From a virus: a stretch of 64,000 nucleotides of DNA. How positions within the stretch are numbered: the stretch's first letter is position 1; each line of letters opens with the position of its first letter. The position numbers and the translations under genes were made by a program. This document shows, one piece after another, positions 19,127-29,116 of the stretch. The notes under the pieces were generated by a model. It had not been told where the DNA came from and searched no databases. It saw nothing but the letters and a program-made list of their open reading frames with translations. The stretch lies in UHGV virus genome UHGV-0072281. One strand, 5' to 3'.

Positions 19127-22100
19127 TTAATCGCGAATGATTACCGCCTGCACTAAATTGTTGGTGTCGATAAACGACATTACGCGCTCCTTGTTAAGAT
19201 AAGGAGGTATCGGTAACGCAGCGTAATCCGCCAGGTTGTTATTAAACTCGGTTGCCACTAGCGCATTAAGCGTTTCAGGGTCTGAGCTTGTCCCGGCCAA
19301 TTCCATAACACGTACACGATTTAACGAGGAATAGTTGCTGATATAATCCAACAGCGTACCGTAGAGTTTATTCCCGGTTATGCTGTCCGCCGTAGAGCGG
19401 ATATTGGCACGCACTTCGTCCTCATAAAGTCCCCCTAATCCGTAGTAAATAGGGGTATACGGATCGTTAACGATAGGCGCGAGGTTGAACCCGGTTAAAC
19501 GGTCGGTCAGCGAGATTTTCTGCGTAGTACCACCTACCGCCGTACAGCTTACGTATTTATCTGCGGCAGATAAATACACCACAATAGTGTAAACAGTACC
19601 TGCTAAGGTCAGCGTTGCGTTAAACGTTAATTCGTTATTCGCATCACGCGTATGGCTAAATGACACATCGGGTTGTAACGTACTCCACGGTGCAGGTGTA
19701 ACACGTTTCGTTGGCGTGAAACCTAACACCACAGATTTCCCGTTACCGAAGTTTAAACCAAACCCGGCGTAACAATATTCACCATTACTGTCAGTTAAAC
19801 GATAGCCGCGAGTGATAAGTAACGACAACCGCATAAACTCGCCATCGGTGTTTTTCCAACAACCTAAAATGGTTTCTAACACCGTGCCGGTTTTTGCGTT
19901 GCTTTCGGTTTCCCAACTGACTCGCATCCCCGCATTGCTAAATAGGGGGAACAGGTTGTGGATAAATCCATGAACGTTATCACTTACCCCTTTCGCGTCA
20001 AACATCCACTTCGCCGTAAGCTGATCGTATTTCACACCGTCGAGCGCTTTATAACCGTCTCCAACCACATAACGCCAGTCTGCTTCACCACGCACAACCG
20101 CTTGGAGTCCAGAAGCCCAGCAGGGCGCACCTACTGTTAAATTGCTTAACCCCAACACCGCGCGCGAGGCATAACGTTGAATGTGTGCGTTATCGTTAGC
20201 GACGTGGTCTTTCAGCTCACGGAAATCGCCTAACCGCGTCACGTTACGCAACTCCACTACGTCCACTTCGGAAAGATCATTAACAACGAGCCTTCCCACA
20301 CGCGTCATGGTATCCGTCTCAGCTTGATTATAGCTGTCGTGAATAATGTACTTCGCTTTGTTATCGACAATGTCAACAAAAATCCCTGCGTAAACTTCCT
20401 TATTCAGATTCGGGAAACGTTCGGTGACGTTAACCGACATCAACGGTACGTCGTACGTTTCACCACCAATGAAATACGTGGAAGCAGGAAGTGTCACCAG
20501 GATATTGTCTTTAACCGTAACGTCAATTAAGTCGTTACCAGACTTACCAAAACGAATAATGTCAATGCGAGCGCCTGAGTCAACACCACCGACAGTGTTC
20601 TCCAAATCTTCAATCTGGGAAGTCTGCGCCATCACCACACTACTATCGAGTGCTAAAGTGTCATCATCCACATCCAGACCGAATTTAATCAGACCCCGTT
20701 TCGTGGTGTCTGCGTTAGCAACACCGAATACGGAAGACGGGTGTTGGTGAACCTTCGGTGAGTATTTGTCCAGCTCGGTCTGCTGTGCAACAGAAATCGG
20801 TAAGTCAACGTCCGGGGTATTCGCAACGTTACCTAAACCAAAGGTAATTTTGTCGATAGTAACCGAACTGGTAAGCTGCATGTCGTTGATGTACGACTTG
20901 GCGGCAACTAACTTACCGGTAAACTCTGCGTCCAGTTTTTCAATTAACGCGGGTGTCGCTGCAAGGTTTTCAGCCGTACCGAATTCGTCCGTTAACTGCC
21001 AGCAGGCTAAGGTAGTAACGTCATTGGCAACCGGAAGGATAAACGTTACGACAAAGGGCGATGCTTTAATCCCGCTGCCAGTAAGTTCTACGGTAGACGT
21101 AGACGCACCGTAGAACAGACCTGTACCGCCTGCGGTATTACCCGGCAAATACGGCCCGACTGTAGTGGGGTCTAAGAGCTTCTTACCACGCCACAGTAAT
21201 CCACGGTCATCAGGATATAGCACAAGCTGGTTATCGCCCGCCTGTAACGTTACCGGGTTGTTACCCACGTTAACGTCAGTAGAACCTTGACCGATGAACT
21301 TAATGGATTTCGGATCAACGACAAACTGGGCACCTAAACGTGTCTCGTCAACAACATCAGGTGCTTTCTTAATGGTAACCGTGTTACCTTTGTTTTGCGA
21401 ACTAATGGTGACAGCATCAGCAACGTTGTTAATCCACGTTTTAAAATGATATTGATTTTCCAACGCTTCTAGCGCAGAATCCATGTTATCAAAATTAATT
21501 CTGGCACTGTAAGTTTTACCGTTTACCGTAACGACAGCATCGAACACGTTCCCCGTGCGCTTCAACTGGAAACGTAATGAGAAATCGCTGTTAGGTATTG
21601 CCGGATCAGGAGCTTGAGAAATATACCTTACCTGCGGAACTGTACCAACAGTATTAAGGCTTAGCGAAACTTCAATAGAGATAGTATCGCCCCAGATTCC
21701 GGCTTTTATCTCGACAAACTTGCCAGCGATTGTGCCCGGGTTCTCGTAAAACCGCATAATCGCGGAACCGACCGCCTCATTACCCGACGCAGTTTTTATA
21801 CCAGTGACAATAAAGTCAATATCTTGCAGGTTAGCGGGTACCGCATTAAAAGAAGCACTAAATCCATTCTTCGTTCCTGTGTAACGAAGCGCGCCGTGAT
21901 ACCTGTGACCACTACTAACATAGTTTTCGCTAAAATAAGGGTTCACGTATTTAGACATCGAAACCGGATCAACTTCTGTCGTGAACGAAGTAAAACCGGG
22001 CAGCGTTCCAATGGTTCCGTCGGCCGTTTTCGTAGTTGACGTGCGCAGTAGTTTCTTTTGCGCAATCAATGTTTCTTGCGTTGGATACTTAGCATTAACA

Positions 22101-23452
22101 TAATCTGTTAACTGCGGCTTCGTTTTTCCGTAAGCTAACGCTGTATCCGTCGCAATACCATTCAACTCTAACGCACGGATCGCCCCCCACGTGTCGCTGT
22201 GCGGGTTGTCCTTACGTGTAACGTGTTCGTGTGCGGGTGCGTTACGATACAACTGCTCAACTAACTGATGGTACTTAACGATTAACTGATAAACGTCATT
22301 ACTTACGTCAGCTTCTGGCGAACCAGGTAACGCAAGGAATTGAGCGTAATCGTTTTCAGCCGCCCACCAGTTTAAGTTAACGTTGGTTTTGTATTTCAGC
22401 CACTTCGCAACGTCTGTTTTGCTGTAACCTGCTGAGAATTCGTCTGGCGGTGTGTCAACGTTAAACGTATAGTCCATGGACTGTTTGTTAGTCGTCACCT
22501 CGATAACGTATACACCGTTACCCGGTTGACGGACAACGCTAAACGTTAACTCGCCTTTTAATTCATCGTCGGTCAAACCGTTGATTAACGTATAATCGTA
22601 ATCGGTTGAACCACTGCCTAACGCAACCGTCAGTCGTAGGCCAATTTTACGTTGTTTTAATTGGAGACGAAGGATACTTGCGCCACCGTTCGCGTAGCAC
22701 AACATCCAATCGATTTGTTCATTCGGGTTAATACTCCCCATATTCGGAAAAATAGCCGGAATACGGTATTTCATCGACAGGGAATATTCATTTAACGTGG
22801 TGGTTTTGTACGTAACGGAGAAACGACGTTTGGCGGTGTTGTAGGTATACCCACCTTTGTTATCGTACGTTGCGTACTGTTCAGACGTGATAACCGTACC
22901 ATTAGCACGATGTTCGATATCTAACGTGTTGCGCGCAATCGGGTCTAACCGATTCACCACGTTGCCTAACGAATCACCTAAGCCTGCAATGGCCTGCATT
23001 AATTCCAGTTCACCTTTCCAGTTTTCCCAGTCGAACTGAATGTCAACCGGTGGAAAGTAAACATCACCAATAACGGTATCCCATTGACACGCAGACGGGT
23101 ATTTATCTTTATTGAGTTCGCGTTCTGCGGTAATCTGTTCTTGGGTCGCTTCACCACAACCTACGGCGTGGTAATCTACCGTGAAATTCGATTTGTATTT
23201 GTCGTTAACAATCCAAATCATCCCGTGCACGAGATAGGCTGTGCGCAACATACCGGTCTCGTACGGGTGTGTAATAACGTAATCGTCGCCTAAGGTCAGT
23301 ATTTTGCCGCCGCTCTTGACCACCAGGGATGTGGTGAAAAAAGGGGCGTGGGCAGGTACCAACATTCGGTACTTCGTACCAATGACGGCGACCGCTTCAC
23401 CGGTTATTTTATTCCCCGGTTCTTTGAAGTGTGGGTCTAGGACGACAGCCAT
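19127..23452 (-). CDS. large tail fibre / tailspike-like structural protein
   Basis: 1441 aa ORF; N-terminal HAPFF...GDDYVI motif; first gene of the minus-strand block. Confidence 0.6.
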   Translation of the reverse strand: MAVVLDPHFKEPGNKITGEAVAVIGTKYRMLVPAHAPFFTTSLVVKSGGKILTLGDDYVITHPYETGMLRTAYLVHGMIWIVNDKYKSNFTVDYHAVGCGEATQEQITAERELNKDKYPSACQWDTVIGDVYFPPVDIQFDWENWKGELELMQAIAGLGDSLGNVVNRLDPIARNTLDIEHRANGTVITSEQYATYDNKGGYTYNTAKRRFSVTYKTTTLNEYSLSMKYRIPAIFPNMGSINPNEQIDWMLCYANGGASILRLQLKQRKIGLRLTVALGSGSTDYDYTLINGLTDDELKGELTFSVVRQPGNGVYVIEVTTNKQSMDYTFNVDTPPDEFSAGYSKTDVAKWLKYKTNVNLNWWAAENDYAQFLALPGSPEADVSNDVYQLIVKYHQLVEQLYRNAPAHEHVTRKDNPHSDTWGAIRALELNGIATDTALAYGKTKPQLTDYVNAKYPTQETLIAQKKLLRTSTTKTADGTIGTLPGFTSFTTEVDPVSMSKYVNPYFSENYVSSGHRYHGALRYTGTKNGFSASFNAVPANLQDIDFIVTGIKTASGNEAVGSAIMRFYENPGTIAGKFVEIKAGIWGDTISIEVSLSLNTVGTVPQVRYISQAPDPAIPNSDFSLRFQLKRTGNVFDAVVTVNGKTYSARINFDNMDSALEALENQYHFKTWINNVADAVTISSQNKGNTVTIKKAPDVVDETRLGAQFVVDPKSIKFIGQGSTDVNVGNNPVTLQAGDNQLVLYPDDRGLLWRGKKLLDPTTVGPYLPGNTAGGTGLFYGASTSTVELTGSGIKASPFVVTFILPVANDVTTLACWQLTDEFGTAENLAATPALIEKLDAEFTGKLVAAKSYINDMQLTSSVTIDKITFGLGNVANTPDVDLPISVAQQTELDKYSPKVHQHPSSVFGVANADTTKRGLIKFGLDVDDDTLALDSSVVMAQTSQIEDLENTVGGVDSGARIDIIRFGKSGNDLIDVTVKDNILVTLPASTYFIGGETYDVPLMSVNVTERFPNLNKEVYAGIFVDIVDNKAKYIIHDSYNQAETDTMTRVGRLVVNDLSEVDVVELRNVTRLGDFRELKDHVANDNAHIQRYASRAVLGLSNLTVGAPCWASGLQAVVRGEADWRYVVGDGYKALDGVKYDQLTAKWMFDAKGVSDNVHGFIHNLFPLFSNAGMRVSWETESNAKTGTVLETILGCWKNTDGEFMRLSLLITRGYRLTDSNGEYCYAGFGLNFGNGKSVVLGFTPTKRVTPAPWSTLQPDVSFSHTRDANNELTFNATLTLAGTVYTIVVYLSAADKYVSCTAVGGTTQKISLTDRLTGFNLAPIVNDPYTPIYYGLGGLYEDEVRANIRSTADSITGNKLYGTLLDYISNYSSLNRVRVMELAGTSSDPETLNALVATEFNNNLADYAALPIPPYLNKERVMSFIDTNNLVQAVIIRD

Positions 23453-23519
23453 TATCTACTCCTATAGTCCGTGGGCGTCGAGTTCATACTATGACTTGAA
23501 TCTATTGAGGAAAAGAGCT

Positions 23520-24782
23520 GTGACTACTGCTTATCAAGTACGGCCTGACAGCGCTTTTGGCTTCTCTCGAGAGACCCGTACCTGGGGAGCCATCGACGTC
23601 ACGCAACCCTTAGAAACCTTGTGTTCTGATTACCATATTTTCGAAGTCGGTCTGAGTGCGCTTGGTAAAGACTATACGTTAATTAGCCAATATCACCTCG
23701 CTGACTTACAAAACCGTACCGATACTTTACAAGACTGGCTGAATGAAAAAGCCGGTATCGTTATCTCTGAGTTGAATGACGGTTTACCGACGTTAGAGTT
23801 TGATTGGGCACACTACCAATCGATTAATGCCGATGTTCCGGTAGAAACCTACCTGTGTCCTCCCGGTTATCACTACAGTCAAGATTTCAGTATAGACGAT
23901 GCTGACGACGTTGTGATAGTGTGTGAAGATAAATGGAAAGACAAATACCGTAACGGGGTGTTGTACAACATCAACGGACAGTGGGTACCGCATCAATCCG
24001 ATACTGTTGGTGTACGTTTACCAGGTGCGGGTAAGATAGTACGTCGTGCAGGGACACCGGATATCGGGTGCATGGTCTTTAGTAAATTGGGGAATGTTAA
24101 AACGTACCCCATTGCTAACTTGACCTTAAACAAGCTCGACACCACCCGTGACTATTATTCCACGTTAATGATTTCTTTACCGGAATCTATTACGGGTAAA
24201 ACCGTGGGGTTTGTTATCGGGGGACTGATACACTGGTTGCCTGTTACTGGGTACTTCTCCGACAAAGCCATTATGGTGTCGCTACCGAACTTTGACGTTG
24301 CGCGTACTGTGTTAGAAACGCGTCGTTATTACGACTGGGATAGCATAGGCGTTGGCGATTTGTCATCACCGACCAGTGTGCAGCGTATCCGTAACCCAGA
24401 AACGTTAAAGGCGCTTTTAACCCACGAGTCGTCGTTTATCTTTACGGTGGATAATCCGTACCTGGAAGAAGAAGTTGTGGGGGTTTCTCACAACGCTATC
24501 TGGGGACGTTTATACCTTAAAGATCCTAATGACCCTGACGGTGAGAAACAACTGGGGTATCTGTTAAACCGCTTCGGTAAAACTGTTGCTTATTGGCCGA
24601 CGTGGGAAGAAGGGGAATGGGTATTTAACACCACGGAATTCGACAGTCAAAACTACGTGTTCCGTGAGGCCCGTTGGTATAACCAGAATAAAATTAACGA
24701 TGCACAGGCAATCGTAGGGCCTTTCGGTCCCTGGGAAAAAGTCTATTTGGAAATGCATCGTTTCCGTGCAAGAAAAAAATAA
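23520..24782 (+). CDS. hypothetical protein (possibly structural)
   Basis: ORF 23304..24782; start moved to in-frame GTG 23520 after GAGGAAAAG SD because the longer form overlaps the divergent gene; start uncertain. Confidence 0.5.
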   Translation: MTTAYQVRPDSAFGFSRETRTWGAIDVTQPLETLCSDYHIFEVGLSALGKDYTLISQYHLADLQNRTDTLQDWLNEKAGIVISELNDGLPTLEFDWAHYQSINADVPVETYLCPPGYHYSQDFSIDDADDVVIVCEDKWKDKYRNGVLYNINGQWVPHQSDTVGVRLPGAGKIVRRAGTPDIGCMVFSKLGNVKTYPIANLTLNKLDTTRDYYSTLMISLPESITGKTVGFVIGGLIHWLPVTGYFSDKAIMVSLPNFDVARTVLETRRYYDWDSIGVGDLSSPTSVQRIRNPETLKALLTHESSFIFTVDNPYLEEEVVGVSHNAIWGRLYLKDPNDPDGEKQLGYLLNRFGKTVAYWPTWEEGEWVFNTTEFDSQNYVFREARWYNQNKINDAQAIVGPFGPWEKVYLEMHRFRARKK

Positions 24783-24787
24783 GTAAC

Positions 24788-24829
24788 CTCCTACCCTCTA
24801 AGAGGGTAGGAGTAGCACGTTTTTTTTTT
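24788..24829. terminator. bidirectional intrinsic terminator
   Basis: ctcctaccctc-taag-agggtaggag, T9 run downstream, A-run upstream. Confidence 0.55.
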
Positions 24830-24832
24830 CAC

Positions 24833-25042
24833 TTAGTCTTTTTTGTAGACAATCGCGTTACCGTGCAGTTTGTTGTTACCGGAAATACCGATAACTTTAA
24901 ACGCTTCACCGCCGATCTTTTCAGCTTCGACAGCCAGCTTAGCAGTAACGTCGTCTACGGTATCACCGAAAGCGCTTACGTTACCAATTTTCTTGAACTC
25001 TTCAGGAATGTGTTCAGCAGAAGAGAATTCTTTAATAGCCAT
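24833..25042 (-). CDS. DUF1471 (BhsA/YhcN-family) domain protein
   Basis: 69 aa; C-terminal KVIGISGNNKLHGNAIVYKK matches the family signature (compare BhsA ...ITSVTGPNTLHGTAVIYK, from memory); GGAGAG SD; no signal peptide. Confidence 0.6.
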   Translation of the reverse strand: MAIKEFSSAEHIPEEFKKIGNVSAFGDTVDDVTAKLAVEAEKIGGEAFKVIGISGNNKLHGNAIVYKKD

Positions 25043-25241
25043 AGCTACTCTCCAGTTAAAGAAAGGAAGGACTGTATCGTGTTACAACCAAAGCATATGA
25101 TAGCTCCTCCCCGAAGGGAGGAGAGAGTGCGCGAAAAAAGTGGCCTGCTTAACTAAACGATGAGGTTTAAGAAAAGTGTTGATAAGAAGCTTACCAACGT
25201 CAGGTCACAATATATAATACCAACGTAAGAAAAAGGGGAAA

Positions 25242-26207
25242 TCAGCGTGGGCCTGAAGTTGGGCCATGGACGCCGTCATGGATGTGTACGCTGAAGGTAA
25301 TACCGGAAATAACCGCATCCTTAACCGTAAAGATACCCACGCCTTCGCCCGTACCACCGTATTTGAAGTTCTTAGCAACTTCCAAATTACCGGTGAACAT
25401 CGCTTCTTTACCTTCTTGCTTAAAGTTCGGCGTTTTATACGTTGTTGAACCAGAAGCTTCAGTTAGCCAGGTTTCTGTTTTAAAGGTGACCGATTTCGAC
25501 GCTTCGGTATTCCGAACTTCGCATTTCTCATTAATCGTTTTCGTTTCCAGGTTAATCGAACGTTTTGCGTAAATGAATGCATCTTCTTTATTGATGTTCA
25601 CTTTTGAAAGCATCGCGTTCTCAAAACCTAAATCGTCTTCCACCGAGTTAATGTAATACTTATTCCCTTTATGGTCAACGCACTGCCACGACCCGTTAGC
25701 GTTATCGAATTGGAATAACCACGCCGCTTTCTCCCCATTCACCATACTTGTTCTTAGGGTAACGTGTTTGTCAATCGTTGAGACGTTTAACACATACGCG
25801 TTCGACAAGTCATCCGCCATCTGGTTTTCAGGGTCAGCCGACCACGCGTAAACCGCATCTTCTAATCGCTTAACGTTAGCGAAATTCAGATCAATCCAAA
25901 AATAAATATCCGTTTTCCCCAAACGTAACAAGATAACGTAATCTTCTCGTTTAACGTCAGGGGAATTAATTCGGTTGGAGTTAAACTTCCACCACTTTGC
26001 CGTTATCGTGTTACCCGTCTTAATGGTTAGGTTATCTGTTGCACCAGATGTTTCATGCGTCTTTTCAGTTGCTGAAGAAACAGATTGTACCACGGTAGGG
26101 TTAGCAAAGTTAGTTTCAATTGGTATCACTTTTACCCGATCTGTACCACGGGGTTTGTCTTCCGCGACGATACCAATTGAGAAAAAATCAACGCTGGATT
26201 TCTCCAT
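25242..26207 (-). CDS. hypothetical protein (possibly virion-associated)
   Basis: 321 aa ORF; AAGGAA SD; His-rich C-terminus HIHDGVHGPTSGP. Confidence 0.55.
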   Translation of the reverse strand: MEKSSVDFFSIGIVAEDKPRGTDRVKVIPIETNFANPTVVQSVSSATEKTHETSGATDNLTIKTGNTITAKWWKFNSNRINSPDVKREDYVILLRLGKTDIYFWIDLNFANVKRLEDAVYAWSADPENQMADDLSNAYVLNVSTIDKHVTLRTSMVNGEKAAWLFQFDNANGSWQCVDHKGNKYYINSVEDDLGFENAMLSKVNINKEDAFIYAKRSINLETKTINEKCEVRNTEASKSVTFKTETWLTEASGSTTYKTPNFKQEGKEAMFTGNLEVAKNFKYGGTGEGVGIFTVKDAVISGITFSVHIHDGVHGPTSGPR

Positions 26208-26235
26208 TAGGTCGTTCCTTAGATCGGAAATAGAT

Positions 26236-26258
26236 TCAGATATATTTTACTTAAGTGA
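26236..26258 (+). promoter_or_regulatory. recurring promoter-like motif TCAGATATAT(T/A)TTACTTA(A/G)GTGA, copy 1
   Basis: 22 of 25 positions identical to the copy at 30581..30604; in the long non-coding gap upstream of the family B gene block. Confidence 0.3.
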
Positions 26259-26260
26259 AT

Positions 26261-26287
26261 AGGAGCTGAAGTGCGAATTCAGCTCCT
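26261..26287. other. perfect 10-bp inverted repeat (hairpin) in the largest non-coding gap
   Basis: aggagctgaa-gtgcgaa-ttcagctcct; no flanking U-tract, so not called a terminator. Confidence 0.5.
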
Positions 26288-26595
26288 ATAGGCACGTTTC
26301 TTTCGAAACGGAGTTACCACGTGATTAAGAGACAGACCAATGTCTACTGAGAAGAAAAGCGGATTGGACGAAGTCATCGAACTGTTCAAACGCTACAACC
26401 CAGCTATTCCTCGGTAATCATAGTATTACTTAAAATTTACAGATTGTCCCTTTATTCTGCTACTCGGGATACCGGTAGGGGGTAGGGGGCAATATGTATA
26501 CGGATATAAATAGCGGAGGTATACGTAGTATACCGACATACTCTTCCCAGAGGAACGTAGTGACTTCCTTATTCCAGTTTAGGAGAATAAACCCC

Positions 26596-27330
26596 ATGAG
26601 AGAATTATTAGACGATATCTTTACCAACACCAGTTTAGAACTTTCTTCTACGCTGGTTAACGAGCTAATAAAACAATACCAACCTGCTAAGTTAATCTCT
26701 GTCTGGATAGTTAAACCCGAAGAATATCCAGACAGTGACATTATCGACTGTATGATTGACGAATACGCTATAGGCAGTTACGCCAACCAGATCTACTTTA
26801 TTCTTAATACCGAAACCAGCATCATGTTAATCTATAAGTTGATCAGTGACGCCGAACTTGAAGTTGTGGCTGACCACATTCGTCTTCTTGCGAATGCGCC
26901 TACTGGTTACAAAGTTGCGCTTATTGGTGACGGTTGGCCTTTGCCACCGCTATTCACTTACTTCCCTCTGTTTAAACATGGGATAGGGTTACTCCGTCAT
27001 GCAGAAAATCTTCCCGATAACGTAGAGTTATCACTGCTTGGGCCCGGCATCGATCTTTATCCATTAAAAGACGAGGGCACGCTATATGGTTTGCGCATCT
27101 ATGTTTCTGTGTTAAAGGGATACCGCGTTATTGAATTGATTGCATCAGACTTAGCAAAACAGATCCCCGAAGCAGAAACGATTTCTAAAGCCACCCACCT
27201 GGTTGAAATTAACCCGGACGATCCGTTATTACGGTATCACAAAGAAATTGACCTTCGTAAAATCGCCACGATAAGAGGATGGGATTGTGCTGAGATTACG
27301 AATAATAACCTGTTACTAGTACGTAAGTAA
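26596..27330 (+). CDS. hypothetical protein, paralog family B member 1
   Basis: ORF 26494..27330; start moved to ATG 26596 after AGGAG SD; C-terminal GWDCAEI...LLLV resembles the GW...QLLF motif of the next three genes. Confidence 0.6.
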   Translation: MRELLDDIFTNTSLELSSTLVNELIKQYQPAKLISVWIVKPEEYPDSDIIDCMIDEYAIGSYANQIYFILNTETSIMLIYKLISDAELEVVADHIRLLANAPTGYKVALIGDGWPLPPLFTYFPLFKHGIGLLRHAENLPDNVELSLLGPGIDLYPLKDEGTLYGLRIYVSVLKGYRVIELIASDLAKQIPEAETISKATHLVEINPDDPLLRYHKEIDLRKIATIRGWDCAEITNNNLLLVRK

Positions 27331-27350
27331 AAAACCTAAAGGAGAATAAA

Positions 27351-27908
27351 ATGTCTACTATTGAACTGAAACAACAAGTTATTGGGTTTATTAAGCTGGG
27401 TACAGGTAAACACCGACTTGATTATCCTTGCGTTATACAGTCTAACATTATCCCGGTCGATACAATGATTACCGGTCTTCAGGTTGAAGAATTTGATGGA
27501 GATGCTGTGGTTTGGGAACGCCATTTCACACGACTTAATTATCGTAAAGTCGGAGATAGTTTTACCGAAATATTCCGTCATCTGTTTTCCGGTACCGGAT
27601 GGAAAGTAACGAGTGCGTTCTACGGTGGCAATGTTGTTACGCTTCTAGACAGAGGAGATGCACGTTATCTCGTGAACTTTACTTTCGCAAGACACTATGC
27701 GTATTTCCCTAACCCTCTTACGTGTACGTTAAGTAACCCAGGAATACTACTAACAGATAAAGAAGCAGACGTTCTACTCGCCGAACTGCGAAAAGACGGT
27801 TGCGACGTTGACGATTGGGAAACATTAATCGCGGTTGCCAAAGCACACGGTTGGTACAGCGTACGTAAAATCGGTCAGCAGTTATTATTCTTAGCTTACC
27901 CTGTTTAA
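27351..27908 (+). CDS. hypothetical protein, paralog family B member 2
   Basis: 185 aa; CTAAAGGAG SD; C-terminal GWYSVRKIGQQLLFLAYPV. Confidence 0.65.
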   Translation: MSTIELKQQVIGFIKLGTGKHRLDYPCVIQSNIIPVDTMITGLQVEEFDGDAVVWERHFTRLNYRKVGDSFTEIFRHLFSGTGWKVTSAFYGGNVVTLLDRGDARYLVNFTFARHYAYFPNPLTCTLSNPGILLTDKEADVLLAELRKDGCDVDDWETLIAVAKAHGWYSVRKIGQQLLFLAYPV

Positions 27909-27938
27909 GTAACAAAAAAACCTAAAGGAGAGTAAAAA

Positions 27939-29090
27939 ATGCGAAATATTATTTCTAAACCAGGACATGTCAAGATCCTAAAAGAACTGATGGACAGATG
28001 CTATAATCGGACTTGGCCTCTGCCAAGCTTAACCATCGAGTCTTCATTACAACGCGAGTTGTTTGGTTATAACTTGGGCTGCTGCGTACTGAGTGAATAC
28101 GATGAGATTATCGCGCCTGTCGATGTCTGTACTTACGATGAAGAAATTGAAGGTTACCAGTTCGAGGTTTACACAAATTCTGGACTAAATTACCGTAAAC
28201 TCGTTGTTAGAGAAAAGAGTAGCGGCCGGAAGATTATGTTTAAGGTCTTCCCAAGCGGTAAAGTCAGTAGTTTATGTTTTCAGCTTGAGCAAGTGTCCTT
28301 TCACGGCGCAGCTATTTTAACTAAAGCAGAACGTGCGTTATTAAGCGGGTTAATCGGCTTTGAAGCAAAAACCATCAAAGTAGAACAGGAACTCACACGA
28401 AACGATTTCGGCTCGACCTGGTACGAAAGTTTCTTCCGCTACGAAATTTTAAGTGATAAAGCTATCAAACTCACTTACCGTTCTACCGACGATCTCGTTT
28501 ACCACATTTTAATTAGCGGCGAACCCCATCTGATTATTGAAGACAAAGGAGAAAATCAAATGTCTGGCTTAAGAGACGAATTAGCCCAATTCATTCGTGA
28601 CGTCGAAGAGAAAAGCAAGAGCGATCACATTTTCTCACAACGCTATCCTGAACTTATTGACGAAACCACCGATAGTGTCGTCGATGTTATACGCATTTTC
28701 CCAAGTGGTTTTGCAATCTACCGACTGCCTAGCGTTAATCAGCTTAAAGTCATGGAAATGCTAAAAGACGTTTTAGCAGAAGCGGGTTGGGAATATCGTT
28801 TCGATTGCAATTTCGAAGGGATGGCGTTATTCGTTACAAAGAAAAATTATACGTTGTCAATCGATCTGCCCAAAAGTCAATATTACAGTTTCTTCCCAAA
28901 AGCGTATGACCGCACTGAAAAAGAACCTGCGTTGTTACTCGATGCGGCAGAATCCAATACGCTAATGATGCGTCTGCGGATGGTTGACAAAAAGTTAAAT
29001 ACCGGCCATCTAACGACGATCGGTAAAGATTACGGTTGGAAATCTGTCGAACCGTACGGCAGTCAGCTGCTGTTTGTTGCTGACCTTTAA
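27939..29090 (+). CDS. hypothetical protein, paralog family B member 3
   Basis: 383 aa; CTAAAGGAG SD; C-terminal GWKSVEPYGSQLLFVADL. Confidence 0.65.
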   Translation: MRNIISKPGHVKILKELMDRCYNRTWPLPSLTIESSLQRELFGYNLGCCVLSEYDEIIAPVDVCTYDEEIEGYQFEVYTNSGLNYRKLVVREKSSGRKIMFKVFPSGKVSSLCFQLEQVSFHGAAILTKAERALLSGLIGFEAKTIKVEQELTRNDFGSTWYESFFRYEILSDKAIKLTYRSTDDLVYHILISGEPHLIIEDKGENQMSGLRDELAQFIRDVEEKSKSDHIFSQRYPELIDETTDSVVDVIRIFPSGFAIYRLPSVNQLKVMEMLKDVLAEAGWEYRFDCNFEGMALFVTKKNYTLSIDLPKSQYYSFFPKAYDRTEKEPALLLDAAESNTLMMRLRMVDKKLNTGHLTTIGKDYGWKSVEPYGSQLLFVADL

Positions 29091-29116
29091 TAAGTAAAAA
29101 TACACTTTCTCTAACT

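Noticed and set aside
9772-23293. About 25 short ORFs (60-160 aa) on either strand inside the four giant fibre genes (for example 10542..10796, 17678..18169, 20766..21113)
   Set aside because: Fully nested within long uninterrupted ORFs, no SD motifs, low-complexity translations; treated as frame artefacts.
23304-23519. Longer start (ATG 23304) for the 492-aa ORF
   Set aside because: Would overlap the divergently transcribed 1441-aa gene by ~150 bp; an in-frame GTG at 23520 has a GAGGAAAAG SD. The start remains uncertain.
25043-26595. tRNA genes in the larger non-coding gaps (also 100..237)
   Set aside because: No T-loop-like GTTCRANYC motifs or cloverleaf-compatible ~75-nt segments found by eye; a dedicated tRNA scan would be needed to exclude them.
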